Positions 38,001 through 51,150 of a stretch of 64,000 nucleotides of DNA are shown here, one piece after another. The stretch spans positions 40,672,001-40,736,000 of the forward strand of contig CM060732.1 of the NCBI GenBank assembly GCA_030704615.1, written 5' to 3'. This DNA is from Takakia lepidozioides. Taxonomy: Eukaryota > Plantae > Bryophyta. A program made the position numbers and the translations under genes. Within the stretch, counting starts at the first letter, position 1. Each line of letters starts with the position of its first letter. Under the pieces are notes generated by a model that saw only the letters and a program-made list of their open reading frames with translations, was not told the origin of the DNA and made no database searches.

Positions 38001-41000
38001 GATCAGCCAAGTCCATAGTACGGGCTTCATCAGCTAATGTTGCTGCTGCCACAGCATCCCCAGCATGCTTCATGATTCTTCCCTGAAGGTACATACAGAA
38101 CATTAAGAAATAAAAATCAGTTAGTCCTGAGCAGATACGTATAAAATGAGCAATTTCAGATCAAACATCCAAAATATCCTGGCAGGTTAAACAAAGACAG
38201 CAGGGCAACCTTTTAATGCACAAAAATCGACTGACAATAAGAAGCAAAGAACATTGGACACATGAAAGGAAACAAGTGTCTGATTCTACATACCTTGACA
38301 AGGTACAAGTCAATGGCAGTGGGCGTATGAGCAATTGCTTCATTAATCTTTTCGAGGGCCTTGTCAAACTGTCGCCTTCGATCATAATGCTGCAACAGTC
38401 AAGTAAACTGTGAGCAAATGGCATCTGATAAACGTGCTGCTTAAAAAGTGGAAGTTGGGAAGAGGAAGGAGACTTGATAGCAACTTTAGTAAATACCTGG
38501 GCGAGAAGGAAAAGAGTCCACATGAGTGTTGATGGAGGCTCTGCTTCAGAACTGCCATACACCCCACACAAGCCATAAGAAAGTCAAGTCAAACATACAT
38601 ACATACAGGCTCACAGATCAAACAACAGAAGTGCATGAAAACAACCTTTCCCCCTTTAAAATCATAAGCGGATATAGAGGACTGGTGCATTTATACGGTA
38701 CATCTGCACCAATCCAGTGAGGCGAAATGTGCAATATTCACTCACTCAACGAGACAATTGGAGACAATATTCCAAGACGACAAAGATCCAACAAGCACAT
38801 ACATTGAAAAAAGAATTACCTGGATGGAAAAGTCCCAGTCATTTGAAGACATGCCTCAATTCGAGTGATTACCTCCTCCAAGATATCTGCCTGAACCCCA
38901 AACCATAAAAAGAGTGTCCATAATTCAGCATGACTCTGGGGACAATGTTGGATGAGACAAAAGTCACAAATCTGGAACTCAGTGTCCTCTGGTCCCGTGT
39001 TGTCCACTGTCAGTTCTCACATGGTATTCCTAGGTGTTGCAAATCAAGTGGCTCTGCCAGGGCTCTCAGCAAATGGAAGGCCTGAGAGCCAGGAAAAACC
39101 CCAGAGAGATTGCTATGGGACCAAAGCCATATGTCCCCTCTCCATCATTCTGCCCATCTCTCTCATTTCACAAAGATTAGAGTTTCTTGCTTTCTTTCCT
39201 GGGTCCCATGGGGACATTATTCTGTTCATTTCTTTCTTGGTTTCCTTGTCTATCTGTTGGACTACAGGTCACACTACCAGGTCACACTACCGCATCAAAA
39301 CCTTTACTGGATAGAATATATCATGTGCTTTGAATAATACCTTGCCAGGATGGTCATAGAGGGGACGGACATCTGAAAAGAGAGAAGGTACACCCTGAAC
39401 ACATACATTTTATCAAATATCACTTGTAAGAAGGTGACCACCCGGAAGTAATTCAATCCACTGACTTACAGACACATAACATGTGCTCATACCGATGGTC
39501 AAGATCCCAGTTATTTACGCACATCTTTTACCTTTCTCAGTTGTTTAATCTTCCCTAGCAAAGTCAGTAACACATATAAGAAGAAAAATGGTTTATACGA
39601 TTGAAAGTACATGCCAACGATCTCCCAAAAGGAGGTTAGTGCACACCTTTGTAAGAAAAGGGCGAACATACACATCCACTGCTGCTTCAAATGCAGAGTT
39701 GTCCAAAAAGTCTAATGGTATCCGCTGCACAGGAATAATCACCACCAAATCACACAATCGTCTCAATGCCAGACAATGGCTCTATCATACGTGGGTGCGA
39801 GCCAGATAGCTAATATCAAGATACTCAGTAACCCGCGGTCAGAAGGGTATCATACAACTATTTACTAGTTAGACAACAGCTGCTTAGCCATCGTCCTCAC
39901 TTCCCTGGTTAGATCGGGTCACTTGGATGTCTAGAGCATTTACATATCAGATAACACACTGACATAGCTGTGCCTAGGAGGCCAGAGTCTTGAGATTGCA
40001 CCTTTGCTGCAGCAGACCGAGGATACTTCTGGTGCAGACCATCATAGACTTCCATAAGCCTCTCCACTTGCTCAGGGCTATACACCTTTCCTTCTGGTGA
40101 CAGCCCAAGGCACTTTTGGAGGCCTTCATAGTAGCTGTGCAGGGCAACCACGATAAAACCCCAATCCGCACCATTAAATTCAACAACATCTGACAGTTTT
40201 GTTCGAGTGTGGCAGACTTCCCCAACCATTGACAAAGAAATCATAGTAATGGTTTGTCTATACAATGCCCTGCATATCCTAAAACAGAAGAGAACTCTTC
40301 TTGGTGAAGTTACTGAGGAAATAGCAGGAAAACCTCAGATAAAGCACGAGACATACCGGTAATTATCAGGATTTACATCGAGGAGTTTCCGATAAGCTTC
40401 CTCTGCCTCACTGACACGGTTCAACTGCAGTAGTAGAGAAGCTCTGTGTTCCCTTAATCCCAGGATATCTACCTATAACACCCACCCGACGGAACTGTTG
40501 TAAGTTTGTGATGCCCAATATTTCACTTCCCAAAGTAGTGACAATGATGGCCAAAACACAGACCGGGGAAATGAGGGATCACCCAAATGGACAGTGCAGT
40601 GATCCACTTGAAGAGAAGCAGGCCATTGAACCCCTGTTTCCTCCCTTATCTGGACAATCTTTCTGTGTCCATGTAACATTTGCATCCATCTGTCTGTCTG
40701 TCAGTCTCGTAATGAGTCTGTACACATCATCTCCTAAATTTACCAAGAGGGCTAGGACAAGCACTGTTTAATAAGCAACTCAATTCCCTATTTTCCCACA
40801 TATCCTCTTATATGGACTGTGGACATTTTTGGGCAACTACTAAACGATCCCACAAAAGACTGTAAAATCCAAAAGAGAGGAAAGGATGCATACAGTCTTG
40901 GCTTCTTTCTTTGACAACTCCTCCAGTGCCTTTTCTGGAGCTCCCGACTCCTCAAGCAAGGTGGCCTGCTCAACCCAGCGTGTCATTTGTCGCACTTGGC

Positions 41001-44000
41001 TAATTTGTTTTTATCTGGTCCCTAACTCTGCAGATATAATGCAGTGATGCAGTGTACATCCCATCTGAATGAAAAGCCTTCAGAGACAGACCGAAACTTG
41101 ATTGCAATTGTAATTATTTGCATATGTTTTCTCCTGTCTTTTATCTCTTTACCCTTTTCTATAGACGGCAAGACAGGCAGTGCAACCACAGCCACATTTG
41201 TCATATCTGTTATCAACTGAAGGCTAAAGGAACAGTGCTGGAATCAACACTCAATTCCCTGTAACTGGATGGGCCTTGGCTGTGTGCGAAAACAACAATA
41301 TGGGAAAGTCTCATATTCTGGTGGGCTAAAACTCCGAAACCAGCTCTGTGTCTGTTCTGCATTGGGTCCCCTGGGTAGCCTGTGGGTGTAATTAGTTTTC
41401 CTTTTCTTCTCTCTCTCTCTGCGTGTGAAAGTGATGTAAATATCTTCTGGGTTCTCTCTTGCTCTCTCGGTGCCCCACAGGCCTGCTGGGATGTAACTTC
41501 CTTCTTTCTATTCTCTTCAGTCCCTTCTTGGGTTTTTTAGTGGATTATGTGCTTGTAACTGTCCAGAATAGTTAGTTCTGGTCTGACAACAATACACAAG
41601 ACTATGTGCTGGGACAAAGGTTGCACACAATCTGCAAGCAGTGCCTGCATGAAGTTCTTCCTAGACATTCTTGGCAGCTTGTCTGCATGAGGTGAAGTCC
41701 ACAGGCAATGTATGGTGACTTGTTCTGTTTGTGATTTTGTCCCATGGGCCATGGGGCCCCATGGGTGTTACAAAGCTTTTTCATTCTAGCTCACACATCT
41801 ACTGCATCCAATCCAAATTTCCTTTGCAACTAAGCCCCAGCAAGCCTGTCTCGCAAGCCTCATTGACCCAACGCTTCACATGAGAACTGAGATTGTCAAC
41901 ATCCCGCCATGGCAGTTTTTCAAGGGCCCCACAAATCCACATAAGCATCTGGATTGAAATTACCTTGTATAAAAGCATTTCACTGTGCTCATAGCGCTCA
42001 TTCTCAGGGGGATAGTCTTCCTCCAGAGTCCCTTCATATGCTTCCAAGATTTGTACAGCCATACCAGGGCTAGAACCCACATACAGACACAAAAACTTCA
42101 GCCATCTCAAACTGACTCAATGACTATGATCTTCACCAGGGAAAGTGGTAAACAGTTCATATCCCTCCATTTCTCAAGCAGATGCTCAGCTCCTATGGCT
42201 CATGCACGAGCATACATAAGACATGAATCTGACAGGTGTGCAAATGATGCAGAACTGTAATTTATGGGTGATCACTTTATGCCCATGTGCCAGTAGCAGT
42301 CAATGTACATGCATCTATACATACTGACGTTCATCGTAGGCTCTCCTTTATGCCTCTCATAAACTCCCATGTTAAAACTTTTAAATGCTTGAAAGAGCCA
42401 AAGGACAACAGGTTAAGATCCGTTACAAACATTTCCAACTGTTTTAGAATATATCATATTTCTATAGGGCATGCCTCGTACTATGCCTAGCTCAACAATT
42501 AGTAAATTAGTGTCGATCGTAGGATAAGCTACTTAGTCAACAAGGATGACACGATGACAAGATTCTCAAGCTAAAACTTAGAATATATCAGTTTCTTCCA
42601 AGATGTAGCATCTGAAAATACATATGAGAGTTGATTTAAGAACAAGCAGGGTCAATCAATAATTTGCAAACAAAAGGGAAAGAATCTCACTCATCATTTA
42701 TGTGGTGGGAAATAGCAAAACCAATCCAATTGTTGCGGTGACTAGGCTTCAGAGTTAACAGCTGTCTTCTGGTTTGCACGAATCCAGTTAGATCCCGCAT
42801 CTGTGCCTGAACATATACAGAAGTCAACAGATTCAGCTCACGAAAATCAGTGATGTCTGGCCAGTGAAGATATTGATCCTTGATTGAAAGAGACTTTTAA
42901 TAGTGAAAGCAAAGATGAAGGTTTACATTAGACAGAATGTACTCATAAGACGTTTGCCGTAGCCTTGTGGCCACTGACCCCGCGCCCAGTTTAAACGGAA
43001 CACAAAGGGACTACATTAGACAGAAACAATGTAAAAGAAAGAACTGGGACCTTGGGAAGCCTAAAGAGCAAGGAACAACTGCCAAGCTCATGCCCTCACA
43101 AAAAGGGTTGGTGCTTGCTGGAAATGTATATTTTTGGAAAGAATGTACTCATAAGATTTTATTTGCCGGAGCCTGTGGCCATAGACCACGTGCCAGTTTG
43201 GACGGAAACATGTTTTGGAAAGAGACCGACATAAAGATATACAAACCTGCAGAAGTGATAAGTCGCGTAGAATCTGTATATTTTCAGGATCATGCCGGAG
43301 TGCATTCCGGTAACATTTAATGGCCTCGCGGTACTCACGGTCAGAGCGATATAAGAGTCCATACACATGCCAGCATACATGGCTCTTCAAGTCAAACTGC
43401 AACCATAAATTCTGCTTAGTGAATTGAACCGCAGGTGTGAGAGGTCAACATCCAATTTTTCCAGAGCTCCCTTAGACTGCTGTCCCCCATGTATGAGCCA
43501 TAAGTCAGAACCACCCCTGAGGAGACCGCAAGCAAGTGCAGATATGAGGCTATCAATGACAATACAGCACTCCAGAAGAGATGGAACACTCTGAAGTGTT
43601 TTATTAGAGGAAACAGCCCAAGATGGCATGGTTTTCAAACCCCACCTTCAACCCCTTCCGGACTAGTTCATAAGCCTCAGTCTTCCGGTCCATGCAGTTC
43701 AATGTCAACCCCTTCATCGCCAGGGTCTCTGCGTGAAGGAGTAAAATACAACCATAAGAGATGATGCCCACATTACATATTAGACCCAGGAACCAAACTG
43801 TGTGTCCTACAAACAAAGGAGGGGATCCATGTTGGAGGGTGAAAATTTATCACTGCAAGAGGCCTACAATATTTCTTGTTAAGCTGCTAAGTGTGATGAA
43901 ACATTTTGATGCTAAAATTCCCTGCAAACAAACTCAATCCCACAAAGCTCCTCTCGAATTCAGATAAGAGTTTCCTCTCTTATCTGTGATACAATACTTC

Positions 44001-45705
44001 TAGCTTCATACCAGTTGCTGCACCTGTGAGTCCTTTATACAGAGTAGGCGACGTTCAGTTCAGGACTGATGAGTCTTCCTTGCATGGTTTGTGCGAGCAT
44101 TTGCAGACATTTTATACGGTATAGTTCTCTACCATCCAACTTTGTCAAGTGGGTTCTGCTCCAGCAAAACAAGTACACTGGCTAGGAGCATGTCCATCCC
44201 TGGACAAAGACAAGGGATAAACTACCCTAGGTAACTGCATGGAAACATAGATGAAGAAGATAGAAAACTACCTCCATGTTCAGGGAACCTCTTAAGAATG
44301 GCATCAGAAGCCTTGAGACCCTTCTTGTATTGCTTGGTCTCATATGACCTCTGCATGCTCAACACAAACAGCCTTTTAGACAGCCTCTTCCAAAACCCCC
44401 AAAATCTCTATGGAAACAATAAGACCTACCTCACAGTCATACCTCAAGCCTCATACAAATTCAGGCTGTAAAGGAACATACAGAAGAAAATAAACTAGGT
44501 TTGCATGTGTGAGAAATAGAGAGTGGGTTTAAGCTTTAGTATCATAGCAGAACTGCAGTCTCCCTCTCTCCCTAGCCTACCCTGTGTTCTAAGTTTCTTT
44601 CTCTCTCTCTTCCCTCCTTGACCCTGTGTGAACATTATATAGTTTCTTACTTCGCGCTACTGGAATCATGAAGCATTGTTGTGCTGCAAAGAGAGGACCC
44701 AGCAGAGGACTGCATGGCAATGAGCAAGAACAGACAGCCATGATAACCTTAAGCTACATGATCTCAATAAGATAAATGTGGTGGAATACTGCCATTTAAC
44801 CTCCAATTCTCTCCTTTGTTCCATCACTCCTTCCCTTCCTCCACCCTCAAAACTAGTTTCTTGTCTCCTCACAGAATCTCTGGTAGGCAATGGAAGGAAT
44901 GCAAGCTTCTAAAGAGGAAGGCAAACACAGATATTAGAGGGACGGACAACAGACCTGCACGTTCCAGTATTACATAGAGAAGAGGGACAAGAGAGAATAC
45001 AAAAGCAGAAAAGTGAAGGGTGTGAAGAAAAACAAATCGGATGGAAGGCAAAACCATACATTCCTTCACAACAACTTTCTTAAGAATTGAGAAAAAGTTT
45101 CACTCTGGGTTAGTCGGAATGAGAGGAGACGTCTAACATCAACTTAACAACTACAATTACAGAAAACAAGCCATTTTCAACAGCTTCCTATTCATGTTCA
45201 ATAATGCACCTCACCAGCGGTGATGCAATTTCATACTGGCTTTACGGAAGAAGATCTGCTAGCGTTCACGAGAGGAATTGCAGAGCACAAGCAGTCCAGA
45301 CCACTGAATTACAAGCTTCAAAGCCCCAGCTTGCCATGTGATAACAGTTTAAAACACGGGCAAGGACTTCATCGAGTTGAAAATATGAAGAGAACCTAGT
45401 GAGGGAAAGCAACGTAGGCTTCCTGAAATTGAGTAGGGAATGATCGCCAAACCCTGTCTAAATTGCTCAGGATTCCTACCGACGCTGGATGCTCCACTTG
45501 CACGTGGCTTGCATGGGCCTACTAAAGAATCCCTCACGACCATGATTCATAGTAGCAGCGCTCATATTGAAAGCTCTGAGCTTACGAAACATGAAAGAGG
45601 CGAGAAGAACGGAGGACGACCGATGAAGGTAGGGGAATGGAAGTGGGTACATACAACAATCAGTTTGAAAAGATTGGCCTCCTTCGGCGGCAACGATGTC
45701 CCCAT
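32051..45705 (-). CDS. NAA15: N-terminal acetyltransferase A auxiliary subunit (NAA15/NARG1, TPR protein), 26 exons, 910 aa
   Basis: Exons: 45705-45655, 44350-44272, 43728-43646, 43396-43247, 42806-42691, 42069-41964, 40965-40894, 40472-40357, 40134-40002, 39724-39647, 39394-39341, 38890-38820, 38551-38497, 38389-38294, 38082-37954, 37505-37423, 36641-36411, 36242-36107, 35819-35697, 35493-35362, 35052-34996, 34594-34497, 34361-34303, 33768-33657, 33259-33156, 32259-32051. Total 2733 nt, in frame. Motifs: [88 protein letters not shown]. Confidence 0.96.
32547..33113 (-). mobile_element. LINE family A 3' fragment (~570 bp) in the last NAA15 intron
   Basis: [20 protein letters not shown]...[19 protein letters not shown]...; closely matches 17438-18005. 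Confidence 0.92.
36734..36810 (+). mobile_element. LINE family A 3' micro-insertion (~77 bp)
   Basis: CAAACTGGCGCAGGGTCAATGGCCACAACGCCACGGCAAACAACGTCTTATAAGTACATTC; flanks TTTTCACCGAG (36719) and TTTTCACCAAG (36811). Confidence 0.85.
37640..37717 (-). mobile_element. LINE family A 3' micro-insertion (~78 bp)
   Basis: Family A terminus; flanks GATAACAGA (37631) and GACAACAGA (37718). Confidence 0.85.
42938..43011 (-). mobile_element. LINE family A 3' micro-insertion (74 bp)
   Basis: Perfect 14-bp TSD TACATTAGACAGAA at 42924-42937 and 43012-43025. Confidence 0.9.
43143..43212 (-). mobile_element. LINE family A 3' micro-insertion (70 bp, more diverged)
   Basis: 11-bp TSD TTTTGGAAAGA at 43132-43142 and 43213-43223. 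Confidence 0.85.
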
Positions 45706-46616
45706 TGTCGCTGCCTTTATAAAGCCTTCCTTGATGAGAAGCTATCGAGCAACTACATGCACTTCCTCCTACTTCCAAGCTTGCACAACCTTTCCGGTTC
45801 CGCCATACCTATGGGTCACGCATCTCTCTCCTCTCTCCCTCCCTGTCTCTCTCACTCCATGAATTCTTCTCAATCGAACCTAATGCAGAAAGACTCTGGC
45901 TACTACACACACTGCCAAGCGATACAAACACTGCAGCTACCAGGTGAAGCTCTGGCGCATGTTAGCTATGGCGCATACAATCTGAGAACGGCGACCGAGC
46001 GCAGAGGAGGCGAAACACTCAAAACAAGACGAGATGAACTCTAGGTTTTCGTCTTTCGTTCGATTCACACTATCTATGTTCCCAACGTTCTGTATTCTTC
46101 CTCCTTGCGTTCCCAACTAGCGGTCGCATCCCCTGTCTCGATCCCTTCTTTTTGGCAGGGCCACCTTCTTTGGTACCCCAGAGCCCTCTGAAATCGAGGA
46201 GAAAGGAGGGTCGGAATCGAACTTTCCATACCCCTGATGAATCCATCGAAGCTGTTGATATTATGTCTCTGCTTCAGATAACACCTGCCTTGAACGTGGG
46301 CAAGTGGGATCAACAGCTTGATCAAACCTTGGGAACTGATTATTCGAATATGTAGGAGAGAGAGAGAGAGAGAGGAGAGAGGATCTCTGGGTGAATCTTG
46401 TACGGGGCAACGTTGGCTATAAAATGTGATTGTGGGTGGTTCAGAGTATATGTAGACCAGGTAGAGACAAAGCTCGAGAGCCCACAGTATTCTTTTCCTA
46501 CTTCTTGTCGTAAAGGTGGCAGTAGGGGATGGTGTGAGAGATTGAGTGAGGACAAGTAGCTCTCCTTTCGAGGAAGAACGAGTTGCAGAGAGATTCTAAT
46601 CCAAGCAGGCATCGTG
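45706..46616. promoter_or_regulatory. Divergent (probably bidirectional) promoter region between NAA15 and the TMEM19/PGR-like gene
   Basis: Start codons are about 910 bp apart, head-to-head; GA microsatellite at ~46357-46381; CTATAAAA at 46417-46424. Confidence 0.55.
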
Positions 46617-49039
46617 ATGGAGATGGTTGCAATGCGGGCAATGCTGGCCGTGCTAGTAACGGTGCTAGTGGCAGCGCTCATAGCAGCGCGTTCGTTTCGA
46701 CGCAAGTCCTTGTCATCTTCGGGGGCTTTGGCTGGCTTCCTGGTGCTCACTGCGTCCTTACTGGCAGGCCCCAGGTCCTCCTTTCCTGAAACCTGTTTCA
46801 CTGCAGCTTTGGTCTACCAGCATCCACCTTCTGAGTAGACTGCATTAGCACAAAACGGATCGGCTTGGTGCTTTTTAACATCAAGGAAATGCAGTTTGCA
46901 GGTTTGGAGCAGTCGTTCTTGCATTCTTTTTCAGCTCATCACAGCTGACCAAGTATAAAGCAGAGGTGAAGAAAAAAATTGAAGAGGATTTCAAGGAAGG
47001 TGGCCAACGTGACTGGTGAGATTTGGGTCCGCCTTGATTTGTCGAAATTCCTCCCCCTGTCTCTCGGGCCCCAAAGTTCGAGTTGGCATGCGATAGATGT
47101 GTGTATAGAGGTAGAGGGCTACAGTAGCAGGGTGGGTTATCACGATCATGCTTTCTAATTTGATGCCAAACTAGAGACTCATGATCATCGTTCAATTTGT
47201 TACTGATCGTTATGGATGTGCCACGCCATGGCGATTCCTAGATGAATTTCTTACCCTGACAAGATAGAGGTAGCATCTCGCCGGGAAATCCCCTCAAATT
47301 GGTCAGTCTCAGGCATTGTTTGAGGCATTCATCAATGTCAGCTGCACACTTTCTTTATTTCTACTTGTGACAAGGAAAATTGTGAAGAACTAGCTCATGT
47401 CAGTTTAGCTGGCACTTTGAGACTACTGCATAGTCTGGATTCATCTTATCTTGTCTGTGTCTCTCTCCCCATTCTTGCCAGAGAGTGACCCTCTTCAGGA
47501 CGATCAAGAACATTGTCCCTGCACCTCTGTTCACCAACTCTCAAAATCTTGAGGCTGAGCCTAAAGCCCTGGCCCTCTTGGGTCTAATTGTTGGGCAGCT
47601 CACACACAGCAAGTTGATGCTTGTGTGAAGGGCTTTTAGAGGACATCTGGAAAACCAGAACTAAGTCACACTACCAGAGTGAGCCCCTCAAAAGGTAGTT
47701 TCACCCAAACTGGGCGCGGGGTCTATGGCCACAAGGCTACGGCAACAACGTCTTATTAGTACAGTCTATCCCCATACCTCTCCCTTTCTTGCTAGCCATT
47801 GCACAACCAGCAATCATGATTTGAAGTGAGCAGCTTCATCTCCTACATCAAAATTGAGAAACCTCGAATTCTAGTTCCACATGTGGATCAGAGCTTCACA
47901 AAACATGTGTCAGAGGAGGCAGTCTCGAGATACTACGGAGTTTATCTCATGTCTCAATGATCACTGCCTCCCTTTCACATCATTGAGCAACTCTCACAAA
48001 TCTGGTCCTATAGAATGGACAGGAGCAGGTGTGAAGCTGTATTATGTAGTGGATTCCATCGTGACCCTCCATCCAGTTAGTTTTAGCTTTGGTTTCAAAG
48101 TTGGTCTAACAGTTGTGAAGGAGAGACGTTGAAAGGTAATGAAGGATATTGCAGGCTGCAGGTGGTGGCAAACAGTGGGGTGGGAACACTACTGTCACTG
48201 GGTGTGGTGCTGCAAACAGGATGGCAAGATATGTGCCTGGATCACCATAAAGCACCCTTAGTGACAGCAATGTTGGGTGGCCTTCTGGGTCACTATGCCT
48301 GCTGCAATGGTGACACTTGGTCATCAGAAATTGGAGTGCTAAGCAAAGATCAGCCACGGCTCATAACTACCTTCCGGGTTAGTCCAGCTTTTGTTGCTGT
48401 ATGTTATCATGGTGCTGTTTGTATTTGGAATGTTGTCTACTGTCAGGACTGTACTCACAAGATGAATGAATTGCAGGCAGTTCCTCGGGGCACAAATGGA
48501 GGAGTGAGTTCCTTGGGCACAGCTGCTGCAGCAGCTGGGGGAGCCTTGATAGGCCTAGTATTTGTTTTGGTGGGCTTATTCACTTGTAGATGCGAAGGTC
48601 AGTTGTGGGCACGACAATGGCTAGCTCTTCCATTGGGAACAGCTGCTGGCTTGCTCGGGAGCCTCCTTGATTCCCTGCTAGGAGCCACTCTCCAGTTCAG
48701 TGGTAATTGTGCTGTACGAAAAAAGGTATGGTGTGAGAGAAATTTGCCCTGTCACTGTTTGGCACTTGTGCATGCTTGCCTGACTTCTCCATTGAACAAA
48801 GCTAAAGCACATGCATCCATTCTTATATCTCTGTCCTAAAAAGTTAGACACTCAAGGCAAGGCATGAAGGTGAAGTGCTGGTAAAATTCAAGTTCGGGGT
48901 TGTGCAGGTTGTGGGAAAGCCGGGACCAAGCGTGAAGAGAATTACAGGTCATGACATTCTTAGCAACACAGGTGTAAACTTTGTATCGGCACTTGTTATC
49001 GCTTTTTCCTCAGCTGCTGTTTCTCTGTACATATTTTGA
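46617..49039 (+). CDS. PGR: DUF92 membrane protein, TMEM19/PGR-like, 5 exons, 291 aa
   Basis: Exons 46617-46774, 46902-47015, 48155-48377, 48477-48725, 48908-49039; total 876 nt, in frame. Motifs RKSLSSSGA, FFFSSSQLTK, EGGQRDWLQVVANS, YACCNGDTWSSEIGVLS, PRLITTF, VPRGTNGGVS, GSLLDSLLGATLQFSG, ILSNTGVNFVS. Confidence 0.93.
47476..47767 (+). mobile_element. LINE family A 3' fragment (~290 bp) in PGR intron 2
   Basis: [27 protein letters not shown], then the family A terminus; flanks TCTCTCCCCAT (47462) and TCTATCCCCAT (47765). Confidence 0.88.
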
Positions 49040-50559
49040 AAAGTCTCATTCTCCATCAGTGACAAGCATGCTATCAAGAATCCTCTGTTGGACCTGTTGA
49101 TGCTGCAGTGATGAAGCACTAGACTTCTCATTTTGTTACCAGAGGGAGAGACTCTCCCATCTTCTTTCCTTCTCATTCAATGTAAAGCGCAGCAGAAGGA
49201 CAGAAGATCAAAATGTCCTCCTTGTCACTATGGCTATGATGTGCCCATTGAGGAAACTAACAGTCCTAAAGGATTTCAGCCCACCACCCTGTATGAGGTT
49301 CAGCCCCAAAATCGCCATAGCAGACTGAGAACAATCCCATCACACAGAGTGATCATTTGTGGGCTGGCATCGACATCGTTAGTTTGAGGTTGATCCAGCT
49401 ATGCTTCTCAGCCAACTAGCTTGCAACAGATGTGCCACGAGTGCTCTGATTGCACCACCACTGAGTCTCCAGCAAAAAGGGCAGAGGCAGTTGAGGTATC
49501 TGCTGACCATTCGTTCCAAACGTCAGGTAGACAACCCCATGGATTTAGCCTGATGGATTATCATTATTTCTCTGACTATATAATACAAGATTTGGCCCTC
49601 TGAATGGAGGGAATGCCTGTCCTCCATTTCTGGCCAGATTACAGATGGTCCGTGGGACCAGTGAAGGGATTCATATCAGGAAAAATCCGAAAAAGTGTGG
49701 GAAACTAGAGAGAGCAACATATGCAAAGATGCTCATTACAGGGGTCAAGTAGGTTGGGTGCAGTGGGTATGCAAGGTCAACGTTCCTCGTTCTCCTTCAT
49801 GTTTGCATCTACTACCTGTTTTCAGACCGAACCCAGTAACCGAGGCTGGTACATACTAGTCCTCCCATCTGCCATGAGTTAGAGCGCCACACAGGGTGCA
49901 ACAGGAGGGTTCCCTTGTTAGATTTGCAGTCTTCATGGTCTCTTTTCGTACTGATTAGCTTAGTTCTGTTTGGCTCAGCTTGAGCATCATGGTACTAACC
50001 AGTGTTGTGCGAATATATAGTTTACGTAAAAACATATACCCTCTGGGTCAGGGTAATTTGCTAATCCTTATATAGATACCCTCAGGGTAGGGTAAATACC
50101 GCTTGTTTTAACCTGCAATGGTACATTCAAATACATTTACCCTTGGGTTTTTGTAATGATGACGGGTAGGTGTAAATCAGTGTTGGGCGGTTATTTGATT
50201 TCTTTCATAACCTCCTGATCCGGTTTTCACAAAATCTTAGGATCATCTTTCAGATTTTTTAATGGAAAGAACGAGTGTTGGACTGGTATATAGGGCTTGG
50301 CAGGGTATCAACTATCAACCAGGGCATTAAATAACTGACCTGGCTTAAAGACCCTTCACACTTGCTGATATGCTACCAGCCTAAAAATAGGTTACCATTA
50401 TTGACATCTCATTTTATCGCCTCGACCTAATTTTTTTTGTGGTTTCGGTAACTACTTATTAGCAGCATATTATCACCGTTTATACTTGGTGAGAAGTAGA
50501 CCATGTCGTAAGCTCTCAACTCATACACGATATCACTGTTCATGACATAGACATGCGAT

Positions 50560-51150
50560 AACGTGGTTGAATTGAGGCCTGTCAGAGCCTGTCCAACTCC
50601 TTCCATCTAGCAGGGCATCATCCTTGCTTCGTTCGCTCAATTCTTGTGTTCTCCGGTCTACAAAAATCAGCAATTCTCTTGAAATCTTGTCAGACTATTG
50701 AGGTTTGAGCAATTCAGCAGCATGAGGCCACTTAAGGTAATTTTGTTGGCGCAGTTCTTCCATATCGTTTTGGAAGCACAAATGTCCTTAACCTTGTGTT
50801 ACAAATCAAATCTGAGTCTCTCTAAATTTCCTTTCGATTGCACCTTCGGAGACTTTTGGAAACGAGAAAGCGTTGTTTTACACCATGATGAACTCATTGG
50901 TTTTGCACCACAGGAGAATCTCTTATTTGTATGATTTCTTCAACAATCAGCAAGTGATGTGTTCTCAATGGCATACACATCATTCTTATACCCTCACTGT
51001 GATCATCACTTCATTGTGCTCCCAATTGCTCTGCCTTCTTGAATAGCTGCTCCTCGGCCTCCTCTCCCTCGCCTTCGCGCTACCTTGTTGCCTCTACAGA
51101 TCCACTGTTCGATTGATCCCATTGCGCTAGAAGATTGTGTCTGCATATCA
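50560..51150 (-). mobile_element. Possible degenerate Ty1/copia gag remnant
   Basis: KVKDICASKTIWK resembles copia gag (T/S)AKEIW; otherwise full of stops. Confidence 0.3.

Noticed and set aside
49998-50500. hAT-like MITE ends (CAGTGTTG at ~50000 and ~50179)
   Set aside because: Both are in the same orientation, and I found no inverted partner or 8-bp TSD.
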